64,000 nucleotides of DNA from Candidatus Saccharicenans sp. (GTDB taxonomy: Bacteria; Acidobacteriota; Aminicenantia; Aminicenantales; Saccharicenantaceae): contig JASEIU010000001.1 of assembly GCA_030017715.1 (NCBI GenBank), forward strand, positions 782,276-846,275. Reading direction: 5' to 3'. The position numbers and the translations under genes are program-made. The notes below the pieces were generated by a model, which did no database searches, was not told the origin of the DNA, and was given only the letters and a program-made list of their open reading frames with translations. Of the stretch, positions 28,747-37,302 are shown piece by piece (position 1 is the first letter of the stretch; each line of letters starts with the position of its first letter).

Positions 28747-30792
28747 TCATTTTTTAAGATAGGCGGCCAGCCAGTCCAGCACCGTCTTCCACCAGAGCCT
28801 GGCGTTTAAGGGCTTCTGAATGAAATGATCCTCGTCCGGAAAATAAAGCAGCCGGCTGGGAACCCCCATCCGCTGCAGGGAGGTGAAAAACTGCAGCCCC
28901 TGCTCCAGAGGCACCCGGAAATCGTTGGCGCCGTGAACGACCAGTGTTGGTGTCTTAAAATTCTGGACATAATAGCTGGGCGAGAATTTCTGGTACATTT
29001 CCGGGTTGGTCCAGGGAGTGCCGCGGTATTCCCACTCCGGGAACCAGAGTTCCTCGGTGGCTCCGTATTCTGAACGCAGGTCAAAAACTCCAGAATGACT
29101 GACCAGACAGTCAAAGATATCGGTCTGTCCGGCGATCCAGTCAATCATATAGCCTCCATAGGAAGCCCCGGCCGCTCCCAGTCTGTCCCTGTCTATAAAC
29201 TGACAGGCGCCTTGGAGGTAGCCAACGGCTTTGATGATATCCCGGAAGGGTTTGCCTCCCCAGTCGCCGCTGATCGAATCGGTAAAGGCCTGGCCGTAGC
29301 CGGTGCTGCCGTGGAAGTTGACCATGGCCACCACATAACCCGGGGCGGCGAACATCTGGGCATTCCAGCGGTAGTGGAAATTATCTCCCCAGGCTCCCTG
29401 GGGACCGCCGTGAATCAGCATCACCAGAGGATATTTTTGGTTCGGGTCGAAAAAGGGGGGCTTGAGCAGCAGTCCGTGAACGCGGTCGCCTTCCGATTCA
29501 AACCAGAAATCTTCGGCGGCATTCAACTCCAGACCGGCCAGAAGTTCGGCGTTGACCTCTGTCAGCCGCCTCAACTTCCTGGTGGTCAGGTCAAAAGCAT
29601 ACAGGTCGTTTGGAGAGTTAATCGCCTGTTTCAGGGCGTAGATGGTCCGGCCGTCGGGAGAAATCCGGAGCGAGCTCAGGAAGTGTCCTTCAAGAATTTT
29701 TTCGATTTTGCCGCCGGCCAGGGTAAGCCGGAAAAGGGAAGTCCGGGCTTTGTCCTCGCACAGGAAATAAAGAGCTTTGCTGTCGAGTGCCCAGAGGAAT
29801 TCGCTCACCGAATAGTCGAGGTTTTCGGTCAGGTTGCTGAAGGTCTTTTTCTGCCTGTCATAGATGATAAGGTCGAGCTTGTCGGCTTCAAAGCCCGGCC
29901 TGGACATGGCCCGGTAGGCAAGGTAACGGCCGTCGGGAGAATACCAGGGGTCGATATCGTTGGCCCGGCTGGGGGTGAGTTTTTCCATCTTCTTTCCATC
30001 GGGAGCGGTCAGGAAGATGTCGTTATTGGTGCCCAGCCCGAGCTTTAACTCCGGGTCGATGTTGCGCACCAGAGCGATTTCTTTTTCATCTGGCGACAGG
30101 CAAAAATCAAGTCCTCCTCCCAGGGCAATCGGCGGGGTGTCAAAATCACCCGGGGTCAGGTCCAGCGGTTTTTCGCCCTCCAGCGGAAACAGAAAGAGAT
30201 GACTCCTGGTGCCGTCAAACCAGGAATTCCAGTGGCGGAAAAGAAGATGGTCGTAAATTCTGGCCTTGACCCGGCTGTTTTCCTGCTCTTCGAATCTTTT
30301 TCGATTGGCTTCAAGGTCAGGGCAGTCCGGGAAAACCGAGCTGGTCAGCAGCAGGAATTTTCCCGACCCGGACCAGCTGAAAGAGCCGACTCCGCCCGGA
30401 AAATCGGTGAGCTTTCGGGCCTCGCCGCCGCCGGCCGGAATTATCCAGACCTGGGGCGAACCGCCCCGGGTTGAGATGAAGGCCAGATGTTTTCCGTCCG
30501 GAGACCAGCGCGGAAAATAATCGGCTGCCGGGCTGAAGACAAACGGCACCGGCGCCCCGCCCGAGGCCGGAACCAGGTAGATATCGCTGTTGCCGCGGTT
30601 GGTCTCCAGGCTCATGGCCGTGATGACCAGGGCCAGGTTCTTTCCGTCGGGGGAGAGCTGGGGGTCGGTAACCCGCTTGATTTTAATGAACTCGTCAAAG
30701 GTCAGAGCTTTCCTGGTCTGAGCCTGAGACAGAGTCAAACCCAAGCTCAAGCCGATGACCGTGATGATGAAGATTTTTAATGCCCGTCTCAT
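28747..30792 (-). CDS. S9 family peptidase (dipeptidyl-peptidase 5/acylaminoacyl-peptidase-like)
   Basis: Signal peptide, SPDG propeller repeats, IHGGPQG, GASYGG, DFRVP, DEDH. Confidence 0.92.
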   Translation of the reverse strand: MRRALKIFIITVIGLSLGLTLSQAQTRKALTFDEFIKIKRVTDPQLSPDGKNLALVITAMSLETNRGNSDIYLVPASGGAPVPFVFSPAADYFPRWSPDGKHLAFISTRGGSPQVWIIPAGGGEARKLTDFPGGVGSFSWSGSGKFLLLTSSVFPDCPDLEANRKRFEEQENSRVKARIYDHLLFRHWNSWFDGTRSHLFLFPLEGEKPLDLTPGDFDTPPIALGGGLDFCLSPDEKEIALVRNIDPELKLGLGTNNDIFLTAPDGKKMEKLTPSRANDIDPWYSPDGRYLAYRAMSRPGFEADKLDLIIYDRQKKTFSNLTENLDYSVSEFLWALDSKALYFLCEDKARTSLFRLTLAGGKIEKILEGHFLSSLRISPDGRTIYALKQAINSPNDLYAFDLTTRKLRRLTEVNAELLAGLELNAAEDFWFESEGDRVHGLLLKPPFFDPNQKYPLVMLIHGGPQGAWGDNFHYRWNAQMFAAPGYVVAMVNFHGSTGYGQAFTDSISGDWGGKPFRDIIKAVGYLQGACQFIDRDRLGAAGASYGGYMIDWIAGQTDIFDCLVSHSGVFDLRSEYGATEELWFPEWEYRGTPWTNPEMYQKFSPSYYVQNFKTPTLVVHGANDFRVPLEQGLQFFTSLQRMGVPSRLLYFPDEDHFIQKPLNARLWWKTVLDWLAAYLKK

Positions 30793-30870
30793 TAAATTCC
30801 TCCTGAAAATGACCGTTTGATTTTTCCGTGAGCATTATAAACTATCGGCCGGTCTCAGGCAAAGCAGGGT

Positions 30871-30920
30871 GCGGGGAACCCCTTCGGCTGCGGGCGATGG
30901 AGACAGGCCGGGCCGCTCTG
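30871..30920 (+). repeat. Intergenic hairpin repeat, partial core copy
   Basis: GCGGGGAACCCCTTCGGCTGCGGGCG..GGAGACAG.CCG.GCC matches 28351-28396. Confidence 0.75.
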
Positions 30921-31075
30921 CCGCCAGTATTGAAGCCAACGGCTGAGGCCTGGATGGTACATAAATTTATAAATATTTTGCTGCCGGCGGAGTTTTCTGG
31001 TAAATAGTTATAAAATAAACTAAATTTGATTAAAACTCGTATTTAAGTGAAAGAGAAGTTAAACCGAAAAGACTG

Positions 31076-31987
31076 ATGAGCATAGAGCTTCAGAATATTC
31101 ATTACTCCTACGGCCAGGTCAAAGCCCTGAACGGGGTGAGCCTGTCGATCGGGGGCGGGGCCACCGGTCTGCTCGGGCCCAACGGGGCCGGCAAAAGTAC
31201 TCTGATTAAAATCATGTTAGGGTTTCTGACTCCGGCCGAAGGCCAGGGCAAGGTCCTGGGATACGATGTCAGAAATGAGCAGAAATTCATCCGCCGCCTG
31301 GTGGGTTACATGCCCGAGGACGAGTGCTTCATTCCCGGACTGGACGCGGTTACTTTTACTGCCCTGATGGGAGAGCTGTCCGGCCTGCCCCGGCAGGAAG
31401 CGATGAAGCGGGCTCACGAAGTTCTGTTCTACGTCGGGCTGGGAGAGTCCCGTTACCGGCTGGTTGACACTTACTCCTCGGGGATGAAGCAGAGGCTGAA
31501 ACTGGCCCAGGCCCTGGTTCATGACCCGAAGCTTCTTTTTCTGGATGAGCCGACTTCCAGCCTCGACCCGACCGGTCGGCAGGAAATCCTGGAGCTGATC
31601 GGGGAAGTGGCTTCCAGCAAGGATATCCGGGTGCTGCTGTCCTCGCATATCCTGGCCGACATCGAGCTTATCTGCGACCGGGTGGTTATCATCAACAAAG
31701 GAGAAATAGCGGCCTCCGGGCGAATCGAAGACCTGAAGATGAAAAACTACCAGCTTTATGAGCTCAGGGTCAAAGGCCAGCTCAACGGTTTCCGCCAGGA
31801 ACTGGAGCAGGCCGGCTGCCGGGTGGAAGAGACCGAAGATCGGCTGGTAAAAATTTATACCCCGCCTGATTTTGACCGGCGGCGGATTTTTCAGAGCGCC
31901 GCCAGGAACGGAGTCCAGGTCAGGCAGTTCGTCTGCAGTCAGACCTCTCTCGAAGACCTGTTTGCCAGAGTGGTGGGGGTGGATTGA
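31076..31987 (+). CDS. ABC transporter ATP-binding protein
   Basis: GPNGAGKST, YSSGMKQR, LDEP, SSH. Confidence 0.95.
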   Translation: MSIELQNIHYSYGQVKALNGVSLSIGGGATGLLGPNGAGKSTLIKIMLGFLTPAEGQGKVLGYDVRNEQKFIRRLVGYMPEDECFIPGLDAVTFTALMGELSGLPRQEAMKRAHEVLFYVGLGESRYRLVDTYSSGMKQRLKLAQALVHDPKLLFLDEPTSSLDPTGRQEILELIGEVASSKDIRVLLSSHILADIELICDRVVIINKGEIAASGRIEDLKMKNYQLYELRVKGQLNGFRQELEQAGCRVEETEDRLVKIYTPPDFDRRRIFQSAARNGVQVRQFVCSQTSLEDLFARVVGVD

Positions 31988-32859
31988 TGGCAGAAGTCAG
32001 AGAAAAAGGTTACCATCACTGGGAAGGCCAGCTCCGGGAAAAGGGACCGGTCTTCTGGCCTATCACCCGGACCGGCATCAAGCTGGCCTTTCAGCGCAAA
32101 CGCTTTAAGTTTCTTTTTGCTCTGTCCTTTATCCCGGCCATAAGCTTTGCCGTGGGCGTTTACGTTTCCGAGCGGCTGGAAGATTTCAAGTTCATGGCCC
32201 AGGGAGCGGAAAAAACCCTTCAGGTCAACCCCGGCTTTTTTAAGACCTATCTCAGCCAGGATTTCATCTTTTTTATGATTCTGCTGTTGATGGCTCTGGG
32301 CGGAGCCGGACTGATCGCCGACGATTTTCGCCACAAAGCCATTCAGCTGTATTTTGCCCGGCCGCTGACCCGGCTTGATTACCTGCTGGGCAAGGCCGGG
32401 GTGGTGGCGTTTTTTGTCGGCCTGCTAACGCTGGTTCCGGCCGTTGTTCTGTTCCTGCTGAAACTTCTGTTCTCGGGCAGTTTTAAGTTTTTCCTGGACT
32501 ATCCCTGGTTGCTGCTATCGATAATCTTTTATTCAGCCTTTTTGATGGTTTTCTTCACCTGCTATATCCTGCTGGCTTCTTCTCTCAGCAAAAACCGCAA
32601 TTTTGTGATTGCCCTGATCTTTGCCGTTTATTATCTTTCGGAGATTGTCAGGGGGATATCCTACGTTATTTTCCGTTCTCCCTATTCAACTCTGCTGTCG
32701 ATAATGGGCAACCTGCAGCAGGTGGCGGCGGGGGTTTTTCAGGTCAGGCCGGCTCAGGATGTGCCCTGGTACCTGTCGTTACTGGTTCTTTCGGTTTTTT
32801 GTCTGCTGGCCTTAATCTTTCTAAGGCGCAAGCTCAGGGGAGTGGAGGTTATCCGGTGA
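31987..32859 (+). CDS. ABC-2 type permease
   Basis: About 6 TM; GAGLIADD...LYFARPL.R.DYLLGK. Confidence 0.85.
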   Translation: MAEVREKGYHHWEGQLREKGPVFWPITRTGIKLAFQRKRFKFLFALSFIPAISFAVGVYVSERLEDFKFMAQGAEKTLQVNPGFFKTYLSQDFIFFMILLLMALGGAGLIADDFRHKAIQLYFARPLTRLDYLLGKAGVVAFFVGLLTLVPAVVLFLLKLLFSGSFKFFLDYPWLLLSIIFYSAFLMVFFTCYILLASSLSKNRNFVIALIFAVYYLSEIVRGISYVIFRSPYSTLLSIMGNLQQVAAGVFQVRPAQDVPWYLSLLVLSVFCLLALIFLRRKLRGVEVIR

Positions 32860-33782
32860 CCGCGGTTATCGAAGCCAGGAATCTGTCTCGCTGGTACGGA
32901 AACGTCCTCGGCATCAGTGAAATCACCCTGAATCTTGAACCCGGAATAACCGCCCTGCTGGGGCCAAACGGTGCCGGCAAGTCGACTTTTATGAAAATCA
33001 TAACCGGGCAGCTGAAACCCAATATCGGCCAGGTCGCGATCTTCGGTCAACCGGTGTGGAACAACCGCCATATTTTCAGGCGGCTGGGTTTCTGCCCCGA
33101 GTCGGATGCTTTTTACGAAGAATTGACCGGTCTGGAATTCTTAACCGGTCTGCTGTCGCTTTACGGCTTCGACCGGAAAGAATGCCTGGACCGGGCCGAC
33201 CGGGCCCTGGAGCTGGTGGAATTGCAGGACGTCAGCCGCAGACCTATCCGGAGTTACAGCCGCGGGATGCGTCAGAGAATCAAGATTGCCCAGACCATTG
33301 CCCACGACCCGGAAGTTTTGATCCTGGACGAACCGCTGAGCGGTCTGGACCCGCTGGGCAAGAGGAGGATCATAAGGCTGATCAAAGAATTCCGGGATGC
33401 CGGCAAGACCGTGGTGGTTTCCAGCCATGTCTTGCCCGAGGTAGAAGCCCTGACCTCGGAAATCGTCCTGATCCATAACGGCAAAATCCTGGCCAGGGGA
33501 GACATTCACTTCATCCGGGAACTTCTGGACAGCCATCCCCACATGATCAGGATCAAGTCGCCGCAGTACAGAGACCTGGCCCGACTGCTGTCGAGCCAGG
33601 ACTATGTTCTTCACATCAGCTTTGAACCAGAAGCCTCGGCCGTGGTTTTCGAGACCCACCACCGCGACCGCTTCTTCGACCGGTTGAACGAGCTGGTGCT
33701 GGACCCGGGTCTGGACCTGGAAGAAATCACCTCGCCCGACGACAACCTGCAGGCGGTATTTGATTATCTGGTGGAAAGGTAA
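32856..33782 (+). CDS. ABC transporter ATP-binding protein
   Basis: GPNGAGKST, YSRGMRQR, LDEP; GTG start overlaps the previous stop (GTGA). Confidence 0.95.
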   Translation: MTAVIEARNLSRWYGNVLGISEITLNLEPGITALLGPNGAGKSTFMKIITGQLKPNIGQVAIFGQPVWNNRHIFRRLGFCPESDAFYEELTGLEFLTGLLSLYGFDRKECLDRADRALELVELQDVSRRPIRSYSRGMRQRIKIAQTIAHDPEVLILDEPLSGLDPLGKRRIIRLIKEFRDAGKTVVVSSHVLPEVEALTSEIVLIHNGKILARGDIHFIRELLDSHPHMIRIKSPQYRDLARLLSSQDYVLHISFEPEASAVVFETHHRDRFFDRLNELVLDPGLDLEEITSPDDNLQAVFDYLVER

Positions 33783-33783
33783 A

Positions 33784-34566
33784 ATGAGAGAAGAAATAGT
33801 CAGGGTTTTTTCTTTATATTTTTTTCTGGGCAAGAAGTCCGGCCGGGCCCGCACTTTTTTCCTGCTCAGTTCGGCTGCGGTGCTCATGGCCCTGATAATC
33901 CGCACCTACCGTCTGGCCGGCCACTTGACCGAGGACGGGCAGGTGATTTTTCAGAATTTTCTGATGGTCTTCTTTCTGCAATTTCTGATCGTGCTCCTGG
34001 GGCTTTTCTACGGGAGCTCAATCGTGGCGGAAGAACTCGACTCCCGCACCCTGCCTTATCTGACCTCCCGGCCGGTGCGACGGACGGCCATCATCATCGG
34101 CAAGTACCTGGCCTACCTGAGCCTGACCAGCATCATGCTGGTCCTGGCCGTTCTTCTGTCATACCTGATACTCAACCTTGACCCTGATTTCCGGTTGAAG
34201 GACCTGATGACGGTGTTGCGTTATTCGGCCATCCTCTGGCTGGGACTGGCTGCCTACCTGGCTTTTTTCAGTTTCCTCGGCACCTGGTTGAAGAAGCCGA
34301 TTCTGGTGGGGCTGGCTTTTGGCTTCGGCTGGGAAAGCGTCATCCAGTACTTTCCGGGAACCACCCAGAAGCTGTCGGTGGCCCATTTCCTGAAATCGCT
34401 GCTTCCCCAGTATGCCAGCAGCAGCGGCAAACTCGGCTTTCTTTTTATCAGGCTGGAACCCACCAGGCCGCTGGTTGCGGTCTTGATCCTGGCTGGCATA
34501 GTGGCGGTTTTTCTCAGCCTGGCCTGCCTGATTTTTACTTACAAGGAATATCTGTTCGAGGATTGA
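33784..34566 (+). CDS. ABC-2 type permease
   Basis: TM-rich; EE...RTL.YL.SRPV.R..II.GKY. Confidence 0.85.
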   Translation: MREEIVRVFSLYFFLGKKSGRARTFFLLSSAAVLMALIIRTYRLAGHLTEDGQVIFQNFLMVFFLQFLIVLLGLFYGSSIVAEELDSRTLPYLTSRPVRRTAIIIGKYLAYLSLTSIMLVLAVLLSYLILNLDPDFRLKDLMTVLRYSAILWLGLAAYLAFFSFLGTWLKKPILVGLAFGFGWESVIQYFPGTTQKLSVAHFLKSLLPQYASSSGKLGFLFIRLEPTRPLVAVLILAGIVAVFLSLACLIFTYKEYLFED

Positions 34567-34615
34567 ATTTCAGCCCGCCCTTAAAAGGGCTTCAAGACAT
34601 AAGAATTCTTTTAGT

Positions 34616-35629
34616 TCAGGTCCGGGTTTTTTCTTCCTCGACCTTCCGCTCTCCAGCCAGCCTGGCCTTGAAGAGTTTTTTCAGGCCCTCAATTAAATCT
34701 TCTTTAAGACTCAGGTAGAGCTTGACGTAACGTTCACCGCCGGTAATTTCCAGAGAGTTAAGGGCCTGCCCGACTTCCGGGGCCTCTCCGCTCAGGCCCA
34801 GTCCCAGGGCTTTCAGCCCGCTCAGGGTTTCAGCTATTTTCTTGTGGCTGTCCGCGGAGTCGGCATAAATCTTAATCTCGGCCGAATAGCTTGGCTGCCG
34901 GTAATCGGTAAAAGAGGAAACATAGCGGACTTTCTCCATCAACTTGAAAGCCGGGTTATCGCCGGCTTCAGCCCTGACCAGACCGGTCGGGACAGTCAGC
35001 CAGCCGAAGGTCAGGGAGTTGGTGTTTATATCCCTGAGGTAAGGACGTTTGTCCTTGCTGGCCAGCAGGTTTGGAATCTTGCCCTTATAAACTTCTATTA
35101 TTTTCTTGACGGCTTTCTCGGAGCCGATGGCCAGATTGGAATCATCCAGGAAAGCCAGACAGCCGATAGCCGATTCTTCAATTTCTATGAACGGAAAAAA
35201 TGGAATCCCCTCATAATATTCCAGACTTGATTCTTGCTGACTCTCGGCCGGAATCAATTTCGAACGGTCGTATCTAAGGTTTACCAGGAGAACGGCGTTT
35301 TCGGCCGGTTTATTCATGTCGCCGGCCACGGCCGCCGCCACCAGGAAAACATCGTCGGTCAGGTTAACGAAGGCCTCGGCTTTTTTCCGGTAGGCGGCCA
35401 GCTCTTTTTCTTCCTCCAGCGTTTTTTGAACAGCTTTGAGATTAACCATCCGATTCCAGTTGGCTACCATGAAGGCCGAGGTATCGGCCGGCAACAAGGT
35501 CAGCATGTCCTGGCCGCGGGCCTTTCCGGCCACCGGGATTTGAGGGGTCGGAGCGCAGCCTGTCAGAATAAAAGATATAACCAGAAATAAACAAAAAACG
35601 GCGGGCAAACTGTTTTTCATGGCGGGCAT
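34616..35629 (-). CDS. Hypothetical lipoprotein
   Basis: AGGAG RBS; hydrophobic leader ending in ILTG-C lipobox. Confidence 0.7.
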   Translation of the reverse strand: MPAMKNSLPAVFCLFLVISFILTGCAPTPQIPVAGKARGQDMLTLLPADTSAFMVANWNRMVNLKAVQKTLEEEKELAAYRKKAEAFVNLTDDVFLVAAAVAGDMNKPAENAVLLVNLRYDRSKLIPAESQQESSLEYYEGIPFFPFIEIEESAIGCLAFLDDSNLAIGSEKAVKKIIEVYKGKIPNLLASKDKRPYLRDINTNSLTFGWLTVPTGLVRAEAGDNPAFKLMEKVRYVSSFTDYRQPSYSAEIKIYADSADSHKKIAETLSGLKALGLGLSGEAPEVGQALNSLEITGGERYVKLYLSLKEDLIEGLKKLFKARLAGERKVEEEKTRT

Positions 35630-35785
35630 ATTTCTCTCCTTTATTTATTTATACGCAAATACCCATCTTCCGGTTCACCTCCCATATCTTATTACAGGAC
35701 TGCCGTCGGGCACAATAAATCTCTTGCCAATCGGGGGCGGACTGGGCTTAAATAATAAATCTGATTTCTGGCCGGCGGAGGTGCC

Positions 35786-37105
35786 ATGAAAAAAACAACT
35801 GGCCTTATCCTGTTAATGTTGGTTTTTTGCTTTCTGGCGACCGGACTTTTATTTTCCGGGGAAGGCTACCCACAGATCCTGTCGGTGAGGGAGCAGGCCC
35901 GGGTGGTCGACTCCTGGCTCGAGAAGAGACTGGAAGTCATTCTGCCCGAGGTCATGAGAAGGGAAGGAGTGGATATGTGGCTGGTCATCTGCCAGGAATA
36001 CAACGAAGACCCTGTTTATCTGACCCTGGTGCCATTCGAGCACCTTTCAGCCCGGAGACTGTCGATGCTGGTTTTCTTCGACCGGGGAAAGGAAAAGGGG
36101 CTGGAGAAGTTTTCTGTCAGCCGCTATCCGATCGGAAACCTCTACCGGGCAGTCTGGAATCCTGATAAGGAACCGGACCAGTGGAAAGCTCTGGCCGAGC
36201 AGATAAAAGCCCGTCGACCCCAAAAAATCGGTATTAATGAGTCGGCTACCTTTGCCTTTGCCGACGGGTTGACCTCGACCGGCAAGCAATTCCTGGCGAA
36301 GTATCTCGAACCGGAATATGCCAAGAGGTTGGTTTCGGCCGAGAGACTGGTGGTGGGGTGGCTGGAGCGAAGACTGCCGGAAGAAATAGAGGTCTATCAC
36401 CAGATTGTTCGCCTGGCCCATCATCTGATAGCCGAAGCCTTTTCCAACGCGGTCATCACGCCCGGAATCACCACCAGCGAGGATGTGGAATGGTGGTTCT
36501 GGCAGAAAATCAATTCACTGGGACTCAGAACCTGGTTTTCGCCCACGGTCGACATCCAGCGGCCACGGTCTTCTCCTTATAAGGATAATGTGATCAGGAG
36601 AGGCGACCTCCTTCATTGCGATGTCGGTCTGACCTATCTCCGACTTAATACTGACCACCAGGAGCTGGCTTATGTGCTGAAGCCCGGGGAGAGTCAGCCG
36701 CCGGCCGGGCTGAAGGCGGCTCTGTCCGCGGGAAACAGGCTCCAGGATATTCTGGTCTCAGAGTTTGCCGCCGGCCGAACCGGCAACCAGATTCTGGCTG
36801 CGGCCTTGAACCGGGCCCGGGCTGAGGGGCTTAAGGCCAGCATCTACACCCACCCTCTGGGCTTTCATGGACATGCGGCCGGACCGACCATCGGTCTCTG
36901 GGATAAACAGGGCGGCGTTCCGGGTCAGGGCGATTATGAGCTGTTTTCCGACACCTGTTATTCGATAGAACTCAACTGCCGCTGCCAGGTTCCCGAGTGG
37001 GATAACCAGGAGATAGTGGTCGGGCTGGAGCAGAATGCCGCCTTCACCCGTCAGGGGGTGGTCTATCTTGACGGCCGGCAGACAGCCTATCACCTGATTT
37101 ATTGA
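35786..37105 (+). CDS. M24 family (Xaa-Pro aminopeptidase-like) exported metallopeptidase
   Basis: Signal peptide; HCDVG, TDHQ, HPLGFHGH, SIE, LEQ metal ligands. Confidence 0.85.
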   Translation: MKKTTGLILLMLVFCFLATGLLFSGEGYPQILSVREQARVVDSWLEKRLEVILPEVMRREGVDMWLVICQEYNEDPVYLTLVPFEHLSARRLSMLVFFDRGKEKGLEKFSVSRYPIGNLYRAVWNPDKEPDQWKALAEQIKARRPQKIGINESATFAFADGLTSTGKQFLAKYLEPEYAKRLVSAERLVVGWLERRLPEEIEVYHQIVRLAHHLIAEAFSNAVITPGITTSEDVEWWFWQKINSLGLRTWFSPTVDIQRPRSSPYKDNVIRRGDLLHCDVGLTYLRLNTDHQELAYVLKPGESQPPAGLKAALSAGNRLQDILVSEFAAGRTGNQILAAALNRARAEGLKASIYTHPLGFHGHAAGPTIGLWDKQGGVPGQGDYELFSDTCYSIELNCRCQVPEWDNQEIVVGLEQNAAFTRQGVVYLDGRQTAYHLIY

Positions 37106-37302
37106 GCCGGACCCGGGTTAGACTGCCGACCCCGCGGTTGCCTCGCAGTTGCCGGTCAGACTTAATCTATGGAGCGGATTCTGGACCTTAAGACAGGCCG
37201 TGAGACTATATGGCCTCGGTTGCTCTTAAATCAACTTTTCCGGGTGAAATCTTCCCGGAAATTTAATATCTTATAACAATAAAAAATCTAAGGAGATTTC
37301 AC

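Noticed and set aside
24945..30920. CRISPR array or integron attC interpretation of the repeats
   Set aside because: No regular repeat-spacer periodicity, no RYYYAAC/GTTRRRY ends, and no cas or intI gene in the window
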